Positions 21,144 to 31,902 of a DNA stretch of 64,000 nt are shown piece by piece. The stretch covers positions 128,402-192,401 of the forward strand of contig CAVZOL010000004.1 in the NCBI GenBank assembly GCA_963776895.1, in the 5' to 3' direction. The notes beneath the pieces were generated by a model. That model was given only the letters and a program-made list of their open reading frames with translations. It was not told the DNA's origin and searched no databases. The first letter of the stretch is position 1. Every line of letters begins with the position of its first letter. The translations under genes and the position numbers were made by a program. Origin of the DNA: Ignavibacteriota bacterium. GTDB lineage: Bacteria > Bacteroidota > Ignavibacteria > Palsa-1295.

Positions 21144-22370
21144 CTACCGCTTCCAATATTCCCCGAACCGTCCGCTGAAATTGGAGGACGAGGCGTAGAT
21201 GCGTTTCGTAGCGCCGATAGCTGCGATACGTGCTTCCGCTACGTGATTCGAGGCTTCGACGGTTGTGATATTCTTTTCCTGCGCGAGCAGGAGGATCTTT
21301 TTCAGAGCATCGTAAATTCCTTCGGCCTGCTTCATCGCACGAGTTTGCGAATAACCTTCAAGCTCGTTCGCTACGTTGATGAGTCCGCCGGCATTGATGA
21401 CGTAATCCGGAGCGAAGAGAATGCCGCGCTCCTTCAATGCGCGGGCATGGCGCTCTTCATCGGCGAGCTGATTGTTCGATGGGCCGGCAACGATCGCGCA
21501 TTTTAGCTGAGGGATCGTTGTATCGTTAATGATTGCGCCAAGTGCGGATGGTGCGAAGACATCGCACTCAATTCCATAAATCTTTTCGGGATCGACTACG
21601 GTTGCTCCCGTTGCGCGAGCAACTTCATTCGCTTTTTCTGCAAAAATATCCGTGATCGTAACTTTTGCGCCTTCATCGGTAAGATATTTCGCAAGCGAAG
21701 CCGCAACATTTCCAGCGCCCTGAATTGCAACACGCTTTCCGGCGAGAGAATCGCTGCCGAATTTCACAGCAGCACATGCTTTAATTCCAACATAGCTGCC
21801 ATAAGCCGTAACGGGCGAGGGATCTCCCGAACCGCCAAGCTCCACCGGAATGCCTGTGACATATTTTGTCTCGGAACGAATCCAAACCATCTCGGTCAGC
21901 GAAGTTCCGACATCCTCGGCTGTAATATAGCGCCCACCAAGCCCTTCGACGAATCGTCCGAACGCGCGGAACATTGCCTCGCTCTTATCCTCACGTGGGT
22001 TCCCGATAATAACCGCTTTTCCACCGCCCAGGTTTAATCCGGCAACGGCCGCTTTGTAGGTCATACCGCGCGAGAGGCGGAGCACATCGTTCAGCGCATC
22101 GAAATCGCTGGCGTACGTCCACATGCGGCATCCGCCTAAAGCTGGCCCGAGTGTCGTGTTGTGGATCGCGATGATCGCCCGTAATCCAGACTTCTTATCG
22201 TGGCACAGCACGACTTGTTCATGATCGCGTTCGGCTATATGGCCGAAAAGCTCCGTGGTAGCGCCTAATTCTTTTGCGTCGTAATGAATTGAACTGCCAG
22301 CTCCGTTCGACTGGCCATTGGGTGATTTGGTGAGGATAGACGGAGTTGGAGAGATCTTCGATTCGGCCAT
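21144..22370 (-). CDS. Glu/Leu/Phe/Val dehydrogenase (leucine dehydrogenase-like)
   Basis: LGPALGGCRM, GMTYKAA, GGGKAVI, YITAEDVGT and PDYVINAGG. Confidence 0.94.
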   Translation of the reverse strand: MAESKISPTPSILTKSPNGQSNGAGSSIHYDAKELGATTELFGHIAERDHEQVVLCHDKKSGLRAIIAIHNTTLGPALGGCRMWTYASDFDALNDVLRLSRGMTYKAAVAGLNLGGGKAVIIGNPREDKSEAMFRAFGRFVEGLGGRYITAEDVGTSLTEMVWIRSETKYVTGIPVELGGSGDPSPVTAYGSYVGIKACAAVKFGSDSLAGKRVAIQGAGNVAASLAKYLTDEGAKVTITDIFAEKANEVARATGATVVDPEKIYGIECDVFAPSALGAIINDTTIPQLKCAIVAGPSNNQLADEERHARALKERGILFAPDYVINAGGLINVANELEGYSQTRAMKQAEGIYDALKKILLLAQEKNITTVEASNHVAEARIAAIGATKRIYASSSNFSGRFGEYWKR

Positions 22371-22561
22371 GTTCGCTGAAAAAACTACTAATTGTGAATA
22401 AGGGGTGATTTAGCATTTCCCGGCTCGAATGACCGGTTTTTCGCATCTTGGAGGCACCCCGGATAACGTGCATCGTTGCCAACGCAAGCCATCTTTGCCA
22501 GCTTTTGCTCTTCGCGGCGCTTAAACGAGTTGCGTGTGATACCCGTTCCGTCCATCACTGT

Positions 22562-23437
22562 CTATAAAGCTCTCGCGATTTCCAATGCTTTTCGTGCAGG
22601 TGCCCGGTCGTCGAGTGTTGATAATATAAAATGTTTTGCGTCTAATCGCGTTTTCAATGCTTCGATCGTCATCGGGTGCTTCGCGATCGAGCCGGATAGA
22701 TGAACCTGGCGTGGATACGCAAGTTTTTCCGAAACTTCTTCGATCATCTGACTCAAACATTCTGCGCCTTCCCGAATTATTCCCATGGCTGCTTCCGACT
22801 CGCTTTCGAAAACTGCCGGAGCAAGCCTTGCAGGAAATAACGGCTCGCGTTCCAAAAGGTTTGCGATCTCTCTCGGCGAAGAGACATGTTCCGGAAGCAA
22901 TTTTGTTACCGTTTTCGATAGCTCATCGTTCTCTTTTCCAGAAACGATAGAGCGCAAATAATGCCGTAGCACGCGCAACCCGATCCAGTAACCGCTTCCT
23001 TCGTCGGACGTTTCCGGACCCCACCCACCCACGCGGTGAATTGCACCATCGATTGATCTGGCATACGCCACCGAGCCAGTACCGGCAATGAGAAGGACGC
23101 CTTCTTCCGACTCGGCCACAGCAGCTTTCAGCGCAAGCGTAGCATCGCCTTCGATATGAATGCGAGCATCCGAAAATTCCGGCAATGCAAGAATAGCATT
23201 TTTGAGCGCCTCCTGATTTTCCTCACGACTCATGCCCGAAAGGCCGATCGCAATTCGTAAAGTACCGGTTCCTTCTTCCGGTATAACGAGCTGCTGCAAT
23301 TTCTTCGATGCAGCGACGAAATCACCTTTAAGGATCTTCAACGAAACTGGCCACTCAAAATATTTGGGCTGATTGTCGTTTTGCTGAATGAACCCTCTCG
23401 TGGTTGTACCACCGCCATCGAGACCGATAAAAGTCAT
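22562..23437 (-). CDS. BadF/BadG/BcrA/BcrD-family ATPase (N-acetylglucosamine kinase-like)
   Basis: GLDGGGTTT, LIAGTGSVA and RVGGWG...DEGSGYWIG. Confidence 0.9.
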   Translation of the reverse strand: MTFIGLDGGGTTTRGFIQQNDNQPKYFEWPVSLKILKGDFVAASKKLQQLVIPEEGTGTLRIAIGLSGMSREENQEALKNAILALPEFSDARIHIEGDATLALKAAVAESEEGVLLIAGTGSVAYARSIDGAIHRVGGWGPETSDEGSGYWIGLRVLRHYLRSIVSGKENDELSKTVTKLLPEHVSSPREIANLLEREPLFPARLAPAVFESESEAAMGIIREGAECLSQMIEEVSEKLAYPRQVHLSGSIAKHPMTIEALKTRLDAKHFILSTLDDRAPARKALEIARAL

Positions 23438-23446
23438 ATTCTAAGG

Positions 23447-23465
23447 TGACGGGCTCAGCCCGTCA
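23447..23465. repeat. Short perfect hairpin after the oxidase operon
   Basis: TGACGGGC-TCA-GCCCGTCA; no U-tract, so REP-like rather than a classical terminator. Confidence 0.5.
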
Positions 23466-23481
23466 AGACAACCCATATAGC

Positions 23482-23778
23482 CTACGGCACATACACCAAC
23501 CACGCGCGGCTGAGATAATCCGTCATCGTGATCGAGAGCAAAATAAAAAGCCAGATAAAACCGACGACCACCCAGAGCTTCGTGAGCCGGGATGAATACT
23601 TCACATGCATGAAGAACAGGATGACCAGAGTCGCCTTGATGACGGCGATGACGAGCGCGGCCACAATATTGAAATTGCCGAGATTGATGAAGGCAAACAC
23701 GACCGTCAGCGTGGTGCCCACCATGAGCGCGCTGAAGATCAGGTAATACGTTTTTTTCGGTACGATGTGTTCTGACAT
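23482..23778 (-). CDS. ctaF: Cytochrome c oxidase subunit IV
   Basis: Three TM helices with IAVIKATLVILFFMHVKY; last gene of the operon. Confidence 0.9.
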   Translation of the reverse strand: MSEHIVPKKTYYLIFSALMVGTTLTVVFAFINLGNFNIVAALVIAVIKATLVILFFMHVKYSSRLTKLWVVVGFIWLFILLSITMTDYLSRAWLVYVP

Positions 23779-23790
23779 AGTGGTAATTGT

Positions 23791-23879
23791 CTGAACCATG
23801 ATTTGGGGAGATTTTGGGGATTAAGGAGATGGAATTCTAATCTTTCTAATCTATGAAATCGCCCCAAATCATGGTTCAG
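23791..23879. repeat. Palindromic element with 18-bp perfect terminal inverted repeats
   Basis: CTGAACCATGATTTGGGG (23791-23808) and CCCCAAATCATGGTTCAG (23862-23879). Confidence 0.85.
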
Positions 23880-23880
23880 G

Positions 23881-24756
23881 CTATAAATGCCTATCGACTA
23901 AATAGAGCAGCGGGAACAGGAAGATCCATACAATATCGACGAAGTGCCAATAGAGTCCCGTCAGCTCGATGTACGAATGATATTCTTTTGAAAATTTTCC
24001 GTGTCCGGCTTGCCATGCAAGCACCAGCAATAGCCCGATTCCGATGATCATGTGCAGCGCGTGGAAGCCGGTCATCGCGAAGTAGAGCCAAAAATACATG
24101 CGTACATGACCGGAGAACGATTGATCCTGCACTTCTTCGGGAATGATCCCACCCACGCCATAATACGGCCCTTTCTCGGAGTATTTGGTCGTGATCTTCT
24201 CAGGCATCCCCTGTTGAGGAGGAGCCTCCGCATTTAATGGTTCCAGACCGACAAGCATTCCCAGCAAGTCGCCGACATTATTGGGCCGGTTGGATTCATG
24301 CTCGATGGGCCAGCGAAAATCCCCGGCGGGAAACACATGCTCGGTGAACTTATCGTGATACTCAATGTACTTCACCCGCAAGAAAATGCTTCCAAGCAAA
24401 ATCGTGAACAACAGAAAGAATACGATCTTCTTCGAGTTCCCGTGCTGGGCGTGCCATACGGCCATCGCCATCGTAAGGCTGCTTCCGATCAGCACTGCCG
24501 TATTGAACGCGCCCCACCAGATGCTTAAGACATTACTTCCCGCAGCAAACGCATCGAAATACATGTGACGATAGACCGTGTAGGCCAGCATCATTCCGCC
24601 GAAGAACATGATCTCGGTCAGAAGGAACCACCACATGCCGAGCGTGCCCGCTTCGCGCTGCTGCTCCATGTTGTCGAAGTGATGCACGAGATGCGGATTG
24701 CGATCCGCATGTGCATCCACCCGTCCGTGTGTCGATTCTGTTTCTATCGTTGCCAC
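23881..24756 (-). CDS. ctaE: Cytochrome c oxidase subunit III
   Basis: GMWWFLLTEIMFFGG, NTAVLIGSS, MTGFHALH and GLYWHFVDIVWIFLFPLLYL. Confidence 0.95.
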   Translation of the reverse strand: MATIETESTHGRVDAHADRNPHLVHHFDNMEQQREAGTLGMWWFLLTEIMFFGGMMLAYTVYRHMYFDAFAAGSNVLSIWWGAFNTAVLIGSSLTMAMAVWHAQHGNSKKIVFFLLFTILLGSIFLRVKYIEYHDKFTEHVFPAGDFRWPIEHESNRPNNVGDLLGMLVGLEPLNAEAPPQQGMPEKITTKYSEKGPYYGVGGIIPEEVQDQSFSGHVRMYFWLYFAMTGFHALHMIIGIGLLLVLAWQAGHGKFSKEYHSYIELTGLYWHFVDIVWIFLFPLLYLVDRHL

Positions 24757-24830
24757 GTTCTTCTGTTACTGCTGTGTAAAGGATCTAATGAAGTGATGTG
24801 TTGAGAATCTAATAAAGTGCTCGTAAGAAT

Positions 24831-26477
24831 CTAAAATGTTTTCATATCTTCGACAGGCTCGAATTCGTAAGCCTCCCAGGTCACTATGGGTGTTACCGCA
24901 AAGTTTTCCGTTGGCGGCGGGGATGGTATGCGCCATTCCAGTCCCGGCGCGCCCCAGGGATTCGCCAGCGCGCGCTTACCATTCTTCAGCGACCAGACAA
25001 AATAAAAGATCGTCATGGCTACGCCAAAACCGAGAATACTCGCGCCTGCCGAAGAAAGTACATGCAGCACCTGGAACTCCGGTGGGTACGCGGCATAGCG
25101 GCGCGGCATTCCGAGATAGCCCAAAATAAACTGCGGGAAAAAGGTCAGATTGAATCCAACGAATTGAATGATCATTGCCGCGCGCGCCCAAAACTCTGGA
25201 TACTGGCGGCCTGTCATTTTACCCCACCATAAATGCATCCCGCCCAAAAATCCCATCAGCGAACCGCCAACCATCACATAATGAAAGTGCGCGATCACGA
25301 AATACGTGTCCGTCACATGGACGTCAATTCCGAGCGCGGCTACGAACAGGCCCGTCATTCCACCGATAAGAAATAGCCCGATAAAACCAAGCGCATACAG
25401 CATCGGTGTATCGTAGGAGATCGAGCCTTTATAGAGCGTAGCCGTCCAGTTGAATACTTTGATCGCCGAGGGAATGGCAACCGCGTAACTTAAGAAGGAA
25501 AAGATGAGGCCGAGATACACCGATTGCGTTGCCACGAAAAGATGGTGGCCCCACACAAGAAATCCGAACACGGCAATGGCCAAGCTCGACATGGCTATGA
25601 ATTTATAGCCAAAGATGTTTTTATGCGACAAATTCGCGATGAGTTCCGAAACGACTCCCATGGCCGGCAACACCATAATATACACCGCCGGATGCGAGTA
25701 AAACCAGAACATGTGCTGGAAAAGCACCGGATCGCCGCCCATAGCAGGATCGAAAATGCCGACGTGCGCAACGCGCTCGAGCGCCATCAGAGAAACGGTG
25801 ATCGCAAGCACCGGCGTGCCAAGCATAATGACGAGCGCGGTCGCATAATGCGCCCATACAAAAAGGGGTAAACGGAACCACGTCATTCCCGGCGCGCGCA
25901 TCGTGTGAACGGTCACAATAAAATTGATGCCCGTCAGAATGGAAGAAAACCCGGCAATAAAAATACCGATGCCCGCAAGCAGCACATTGGAATTGGAATA
26001 ACTGGTACTGTATGGCGCATAGAACGTCCAGCCGGTATCGATCCCACCTGCAATAACGGCGATGACCAAGAATATTCCGGCAAACACATAACAATACCAA
26101 CTCAGCAGATTGATCTTCGGAAATGCCAGATCTTTCGCGCCGATCATGATCGGCAACAGAAAATTCCCAAGTATCGCAGGAACCGCCGGCACCAGAAAAA
26201 GGAACACCATGATGATCCCGTGCGTGGTGAAGATACGGTTGTACGTATCGGGATCGAACAAACCTTGTGGCGAAAGCAAATTAATGCGGATGAGTAACGC
26301 ATAAATACCACCGATCATAAAGAAAAACGAGACCGAAATCATATAGAGGATCGCGATTCGCTTGTGATCCTTTGTCAAAAGCCAGGAGCGAAGACCCCAG
26401 CCATTGTTCAAATAGTTGAGCGGCTCGCCGTTTCGCTGCGCGTCGGTCGTTTCGGTCGGTAATGCTTCGGTGTTCAC
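24831..26477 (-). CDS. ctaD: Cytochrome c oxidase subunit I (A2 type)
   Basis: [16 protein letters not shown] (YS motif of the A2 subfamily), VWGHH and AHFHYV. Confidence 0.98.
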   Translation of the reverse strand: MNTEALPTETTDAQRNGEPLNYLNNGWGLRSWLLTKDHKRIAILYMISVSFFFMIGGIYALLIRINLLSPQGLFDPDTYNRIFTTHGIIMVFLFLVPAVPAILGNFLLPIMIGAKDLAFPKINLLSWYCYVFAGIFLVIAVIAGGIDTGWTFYAPYSTSYSNSNVLLAGIGIFIAGFSSILTGINFIVTVHTMRAPGMTWFRLPLFVWAHYATALVIMLGTPVLAITVSLMALERVAHVGIFDPAMGGDPVLFQHMFWFYSHPAVYIMVLPAMGVVSELIANLSHKNIFGYKFIAMSSLAIAVFGFLVWGHHLFVATQSVYLGLIFSFLSYAVAIPSAIKVFNWTATLYKGSISYDTPMLYALGFIGLFLIGGMTGLFVAALGIDVHVTDTYFVIAHFHYVMVGGSLMGFLGGMHLWWGKMTGRQYPEFWARAAMIIQFVGFNLTFFPQFILGYLGMPRRYAAYPPEFQVLHVLSSAGASILGFGVAMTIFYFVWSLKNGKRALANPWGAPGLEWRIPSPPPTENFAVTPIVTWEAYEFEPVEDMKTF

Positions 26478-27652
26478 GGTTTTTGCGTTTGCTCCGGTGA
26501 TGGTTTCTCCAATGGCGGCTCAGCAGACTTAGCACCACCCATTATCGGTGGATGTTCTTCTACAGATGGCGCGCTGGTTGCCTTCGTAGCGCCAGCAGCT
26601 CCTGAAGCCTCTGCAGGGCCGATCGACTTGATATACGCAATGAGCATCTGCAATTGCTCCTCGCTTACCTGCCCCTGGAATGAGGGCATGATCGGCTGAT
26701 AGCCGTTAACGATCTTTGCCAGCGGGCTCAGAACAGACTCTCGAATATAACTATCATCGATAAGCACTTTGAACAAGTCCGGACTGGATGAAAGATGAAC
26801 CGTTTCTTCCGTGCCATACTTTCCTTCCAAGCGCGGGCACTGTCCTTGCGCATCCGACTTATGGCAGGTGATGCAACCGAACTGCTGGAAGAGCGAAGCG
26901 CCACGCTCGGCCATCGTTCCCTCCGCCGCGCCGCCACTCAGCCATGCCTCATAATCTTTATCGCTCATCACGGTGACCCATCCTGTCATCCCGGAATGGC
27001 TGGTGCCGCAATACTCCGAGCAGAAGATATGGAACGTCCCGGTCATCGTCGGCTCGGCCCAGACGGTCGTATAACGGTTCGGGCCGGGAACGATGTCCTC
27101 CTTCATGCGAAACGCAGGAATGAAAAAGCTATGAATCACATCCTCGGTCGCCATGATGAACCGGATCTTCTTACCGACAGGAATATGAAGCTCATTGATC
27201 TCGCGCTGGCCTTCCGGATGCTGGAATTTCCACATCCATTGTTTTCCGACGACATAAATATCGAGCGCATCGTTCGGGATCGTATATTGCTCAAGATAGA
27301 TCTTCGCGCCCCACGCAAAAATGAAGAGGCAGATAATAAACGGGATGATCGACCACGCACTTTCGAGGATGATCGAGCCTTCGATCGGCTTTGGAATCGG
27401 GGTGTTGGGATGGCGCCGGTATTTTACGAAAAAGAAGAGAATGGCGCCCGAAATCAGTACCGTGAAAAAGATCGTCAGGCCGACCAAAAACAAATAGAGA
27501 TGGTCCACCTCGGGCGCGTAGCTCGAAGCCTGATCCGGCAGCATCCAGGACATGCCCAGCATCCGTGACATGCCCGGCATCCGAGTGGCGCTGACTGCTA
27601 CGTGGCTCGCCATTGATGCGCCCAGAGTGCTAAATATGAAATTTCCGAACAT
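26474..27652 (-). CDS. ctaC: Cytochrome c oxidase subunit II with fused cytochrome c (caa3 type)
   Basis: CuA ligands HSFF...[12 protein letters not shown] and C-terminal CITCH. Confidence 0.96.
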   Translation of the reverse strand: MFGNFIFSTLGASMASHVAVSATRMPGMSRMLGMSWMLPDQASSYAPEVDHLYLFLVGLTIFFTVLISGAILFFFVKYRRHPNTPIPKPIEGSIILESAWSIIPFIICLFIFAWGAKIYLEQYTIPNDALDIYVVGKQWMWKFQHPEGQREINELHIPVGKKIRFIMATEDVIHSFFIPAFRMKEDIVPGPNRYTTVWAEPTMTGTFHIFCSEYCGTSHSGMTGWVTVMSDKDYEAWLSGGAAEGTMAERGASLFQQFGCITCHKSDAQGQCPRLEGKYGTEETVHLSSSPDLFKVLIDDSYIRESVLSPLAKIVNGYQPIMPSFQGQVSEEQLQMLIAYIKSIGPAEASGAAGATKATSAPSVEEHPPIMGGAKSAEPPLEKPSPEQTQKP

Positions 27653-27657
27653 TCTTT

Positions 27658-28560
27658 TCAGGCGTTCCTTATTTGTAATCCCGTCGGATCGGATCCCTTC
27701 CCGCCGCCAAAGCCGTTAGCGATCCTCTTCGTTCGCCGGCGGAAGAAATAATACATCAAACCGATTGCAACGATCATCAGTGTTCCACCGATCTTTAAAA
27801 GTTTTGCGACGGCCAAGCCCCATTTGCTTTGACTGGGTTCCCAACGGCAGCAGAACAGGACGAACTTGTCCGCCAGGCTGCCGATTTTTCCGCCGGAGGC
27901 ATCCATCAGGCCAAATTTCAGGTTGTTCGTAGAATACTGAATGCCAAAGAGATAGCGGGAAATAACGCCTTGCGGCGTGAGGATCATAATGCCGCTCGCA
28001 TGTGCATATTGGTTGTCCGCCGAATCGTAGGCATAGCGAAATCCCACTTCTTTGCATAGCTGATCGATCGTACTTTCCGGAGCGGTAAGAAAGTGGTAGG
28101 CGTCCGCGTAATCGCTCTCATGAAAACCGGTCAGGTAGGTATTCTTCTTTTGCAGAGCAAGCGCGGATGTTTCACGAGGGTTAATGCTGACCGATACCAC
28201 TTCGAAATCCTTGCCCGGCACTAACGAAAGCGATTTCATGCCGCTAAAAACTCCATTCATTACCATGGTGCAAAGGTTCGGGCACCCGTAATACGCCATT
28301 ACCAAAATGACGGGACGATTGCCAAAATATGCGCCGAGTGTCGTCATGTTTCCATGCTCGTCTTGCACCGGAAGGCCAAGCGTTACCTGCTGTCCCAAAT
28401 GCTGATCGAAACCAACATTCTTCTCTATCGCTGGAAGCCCCTGCTGGCCGGCAGGCGCCTGAACATCTCCTTTAAAAAACGGCGCATCTCCAGCCTGTGC
28501 AGATAAACTGAACACGCCGATCCATAGCGAGGCTATCGCGATGATGGTAAGATGCTTCAT
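27658..28560 (-). CDS. SCO1/SenC-family copper chaperone
   Basis: YYGCPNLC (CxxxC) and QYAHASG; lies within the oxidase operon. Confidence 0.9.
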   Translation of the reverse strand: MKHLTIIAIASLWIGVFSLSAQAGDAPFFKGDVQAPAGQQGLPAIEKNVGFDQHLGQQVTLGLPVQDEHGNMTTLGAYFGNRPVILVMAYYGCPNLCTMVMNGVFSGMKSLSLVPGKDFEVVSVSINPRETSALALQKKNTYLTGFHESDYADAYHFLTAPESTIDQLCKEVGFRYAYDSADNQYAHASGIMILTPQGVISRYLFGIQYSTNNLKFGLMDASGGKIGSLADKFVLFCCRWEPSQSKWGLAVAKLLKIGGTLMIVAIGLMYYFFRRRTKRIANGFGGGKGSDPTGLQIRNA

Positions 28561-29180
28561 TGGGCTGCTTGTCCTCCCATGCTGTCGCGTACATTCATGT
28601 TGCCACCCGTTACAGTAAAGGTTTCACCGGGAATGCGTTGGTCGCGGCGTTCGAGCACCCTTCCGGAGCTTGAGAAGCTGGGAATCATAATGCGCCCTTC
28701 GTCTTCATTATTCGCTATCGTCGACGATGCAGCGCGAACAGGCAATCCTTTTTTCAGCAACAGATCTTTTGCAAGCTCGATAGGAATATGTACGATTCCC
28801 GCCGCCTTGTTCACATAACCGTAGGATTCCAGCATGTTCGTAACTGAATCCCGATACGCGATGCCCTCGTCCAGTGGGTGCTCTGCGGAGCCTGGCGCAA
28901 GCTGCAAGCGCGGCAGCGGGGGAAGCTCTTCGGATTTCGTTTGCGTCATGTGAGTCACGATCTTGTCTTCCTTTTCCACACGGGCATCGTTCATTTTTAG
29001 AATGCCATAGATGAGGAAATACGTAAACACCATGAGCGCGCCAAGCCACATCAGGAACTTATAGATGGAGCCGGGATTGATCTCGCCTATTTCATGCCCG
29101 GCCTCTTTAGAGCGAGCAAAGTCCTCCGCAAGTTCTTGCTCGCGTTTCGGATCGTTCTCGTGTGTGTTATGCCCGCTCAT
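28557..29180 (-). CDS. actG: Alternative complex III subunit ActG-like
   Basis: Single TM helix, PPLPRLQ and YGYVNKAAGIVHIPIELA; positioned between actF and SCO. Confidence 0.75.
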   Translation of the reverse strand: MSGHNTHENDPKREQELAEDFARSKEAGHEIGEINPGSIYKFLMWLGALMVFTYFLIYGILKMNDARVEKEDKIVTHMTQTKSEELPPLPRLQLAPGSAEHPLDEGIAYRDSVTNMLESYGYVNKAAGIVHIPIELAKDLLLKKGLPVRAASSTIANNEDEGRIMIPSFSSSGRVLERRDQRIPGETFTVTGGNMNVRDSMGGQAAQ

Positions 29181-29190
29181 TTCAATTTAC

Positions 29191-29313
29191 AATTAAGAAT
29201 TAAGAATTTGGGAAGGCGATTATCCAATCGCCAGCCATCGTTCTTATTTACTATTTAATCTTAATTCTAATTCCTTTCCTAATTTTTTAATGCTTACTTT
29301 TTAATTCTTAATT
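29191..29313. repeat. Inverted arrays of AATTAAG-type heptamers
   Basis: AATTAAGAATTAAGAATT at 29191, degenerate reverse copies to about 29313; a similar arrangement lies at 51451-51555. Confidence 0.65.
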
Positions 29314-30499
29314 AATGCGCTCCTTTGGGGTGAAGTGCCGTTTCTAATTCCGGCTCTCCCGTTGGAAGCATTCCGCGTTTTTTGTATTGCCATGCCCATA
29401 GCCACAGGAAAAGCCCGACAAAGCCCAGCGGCGCTGCAACATCGGCCCAGCTAAAAAAAATTCCTCCCGGTGCCAGTTCGGCTCGATAAGCCAATACATA
29501 TCCACGATGCGCATCACGAACAGCAGCGCAGCCACCGGAAGAAGCCGCTTTGCGCTGCGTTTAGTATCGCGCGATAGCAACAGCGCAAACGGCAGCAGGA
29601 AATGGATAAAGATCACGATATACGCGACCGTTTCCCATCCGCCGCGAATGCGCTCGTGATACCACATGATCTCATCCGGAAGATTGCCCGAATACGTAAT
29701 GATCCATTGCGAGAACATCAAATATCCCCACAAGAAATTAAACGCGAAGAGCAATTTGCCCAGATCGTGCAAATGCATCGGCTTGATGATCGAAGCCATG
29801 GGCTCTTCACGCATGAGCATGCAGATAACGAGGATCGTAAACGTCATTGCCATAATGCCCTGCCCGACGATAATGATAAATCCGAATATCGTCGAATACC
29901 ACTCTGGCGTTAGGGACATAAGCCAGTCGGTAACGGCAAGCGTAGCAATGATAAAATAGAAGAATAGGCCTCCGCCTGAAAAATTTTCAAGCTTACGGCT
30001 CCATTTGAAACCCGGATGCTCATCTAAATTTTTTCCATACTTGTTCAGCACCAGCGAAATAATAATAAGATAGATAAAATAGATGGCCGCTCGAACGATC
30101 CAGAACGGGATATTGAGATAGTCCGATTTTCCGGAAACGATCGGATTCGTTTTCAGCACCTGCGGATCGGTCCAGCTATAAAGATCCTTGAGTCCAAAAA
30201 GAAGAGGAATGAACAGCAACGCCGCGAACGGAACCAAACGGGAACCCGCTTCGAAAATGCGCCGTGCTACCACGCCCCACGCCCCGCCCGTTAGATATTG
30301 CAGCATCAGCAACCCTAAGCAGCCCATCGTCATGCCCAGGAAAATCACATAACCGAGCAGATAGGAATGAAAAAATTGCGTCGGCGATACTGCCGCAATC
30401 GAAACAAGCAGCAGGACAAGCCCGATCACCGCCGCAATCATCCCATTGCGGCCGAAGCGATCCGACCGAAGCAGGTACGGTATAATTAGTAGTTGCCAA
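29312..30499 (-). CDS. actF: Alternative complex III subunit ActF (indels near 30455 and in the A8 run near 29455)
   Basis: GGAWG, DWLMSLTPEWYSTIFG, HDLGKLLFAF and SQWIITYSGNLPDE. Confidence 0.9.
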
Positions 30500-30515
30500 A
30501 ACTTTTCGAAATTAC

Positions 30516-30640
30516 GTCAATGCGAGGAGCAAAAATGACCGAAGGGAATTCTGTGCGAAGCAATCCGTCATTTTCCACTCCAAAGATTGCTTCGTCACGA
30601 ATTGCATCGCTTCGCTCTGCAATTCGTTCCTCGCAATGAC
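30516..30640. repeat. Branched palindromic element (RPE/MITE-like)
   Basis: GTCAATGCGAGGA...TCCTCGCAATGAC termini; internal stems GAAGCAATC/GATTGCTTC and ACGAATTGCA/TGCAATTCGT. Confidence 0.8.
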
Positions 30641-30659
30641 AATGAGTAATTTTTTCATT

Positions 30660-31313
30660 TCAAATTTTGAATTTCCGATCTGCGGAACTTGCTGCAACAT
30701 TCGCGTTCTGGCTAAGTTGCAGTGCGCGAATGTACGCAATGATCGCCCACCGCTCATGCGGCGGAATTTGCATCGAGTAGTCCTGCATTCTTCCTAAGCC
30801 ATTCGTAATAACATCGAAGAAATGGCCAAGCGGCGCATTTCGTAAACGCTCGTCATGAAAGTTCACGGGGCGTTAAGCCCACGGTTCACGATCATACCTT
30901 TCCATCGCCCAGGATGCCGTGACACGGCGAGCAATAGATATTGAACCGCTCCTCGCCGCGATCGAGAATTTCGCGCGTAATCGGAAATGGGAATTCGTTC
31001 ACATCGTTCGTCGCCGACTTTGGAAGTATCGCCGGCGGCTTTCGCCACGGCTTGCTGGTCTTGCCGTAAATACAGCTCGGAATCCTCGCGTAAATACCCA
31101 CGCGGAACCGTTCCTTCCACGAGCAGCCGTGAAGAAAGGCTGTCTGCAAAGATCTCGCTGCCGCGATACGGCAAGTACTTCGGCTGATCCTGCATATCCT
31201 GTCGGCAGGACTGCATCATTACGCGAATCGTCCCAAATAGAATGAGAGCGAGAAGCGATTTGATAAAATGAGGAATGAGGAAGAGGATTGATGAGAAGCC
31301 GTGTGTTTGCCAA
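30660..31313 (-). CDS. actE: Alternative complex III monoheme cytochrome c lipoprotein ActE (several indels)
   Basis: SCRQDMQDQPKY, GTVPRG, YCSPCHG and ITNGLGRM...RWAIIAYIRALQ in successive frames. Confidence 0.9.
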
Positions 31314-31314
31314 A

Positions 31315-31342
31315 TTCGTAATTCATAATTCGTAATTCGTAA
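31315..31342. repeat. (TTCGTAA)x4 heptamer array
   Basis: TTCGTAA TTCATAA TTCGTAA TTCGTAA between actD and actE. Confidence 0.85.
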
Positions 31343-31347
31343 TTGAT

Positions 31348-31902
31348 TTAGCCATCGACACGCGTCACCTCCATCGCATTGGTTTGTTGCAGGAAATTGG
31401 TGACGCTTCTTCGTGGCATAAAGGGGATCGCGCGATTCGATGCAGAGAAAAAACCGGTCGTTCGATGCGCGAGCAGAACCGAGGGCACATTAAAAACCGG
31501 GTGATACGGCGATGGAAGTCCGTTCATCGCCATCATCCCAATGGCACAGCTTAATCCGGCAATAAGAATGGTACTCTCAAACGTAACAGGAATATACATC
31601 GGCCATGTAATATACGGGCGGCCGGCAATGTTGAGTGGATACCACACCGAGGAGGCACAACATGCGAGCGTGTACCCTCCAAGTCCACCAAGTATTCCGC
31701 CGATCAGCGTGGCAAGTGGAACTTTATTATGATGCCGGTAAAAACCGAGCATTTCGGAAACTTCCTCGATGGGAAACGGGGTGTACGCATCCATTACGCG
31801 GTAGCCGGCGTCATACGCCTGCTTGGTAGCCGCAATAAGCGCGGCGGGCGTTTCGTACTGCGCCATCACTCCATAGATCGGATAGCTCTTTTTCTGTTTC
31901 AC
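31348..31902 (-). CDS. actD: Alternative complex III subunit ActD (DUF3341)
   Basis: DAYTPFPIE, YPLNIAGRP and IPVTFESTIL. Confidence 0.92.
   Translation of the reverse strand: MKQKKSYPIYGVMAQYETPAALIAATKQAYDAGYRVMDAYTPFPIEEVSEMLGFYRHHNKVPLATLIGGILGGLGGYTLACCASSVWYPLNIAGRPYITWPMYIPVTFESTILIAGLSCAIGMMAMNGLPSPYHPVFNVPSVLLAHRTTGFFSASNRAIPFMPRRSVTNFLQQTNAMEVTRVDG

Noticed and set aside
29312-31500. Frameshifts in actD, actE and actF as inactivation or phase variation of ACIII
   Set aside because: The rest of the operon is intact and one break lies in an A8 homopolymer, so sequencing error is more likely.
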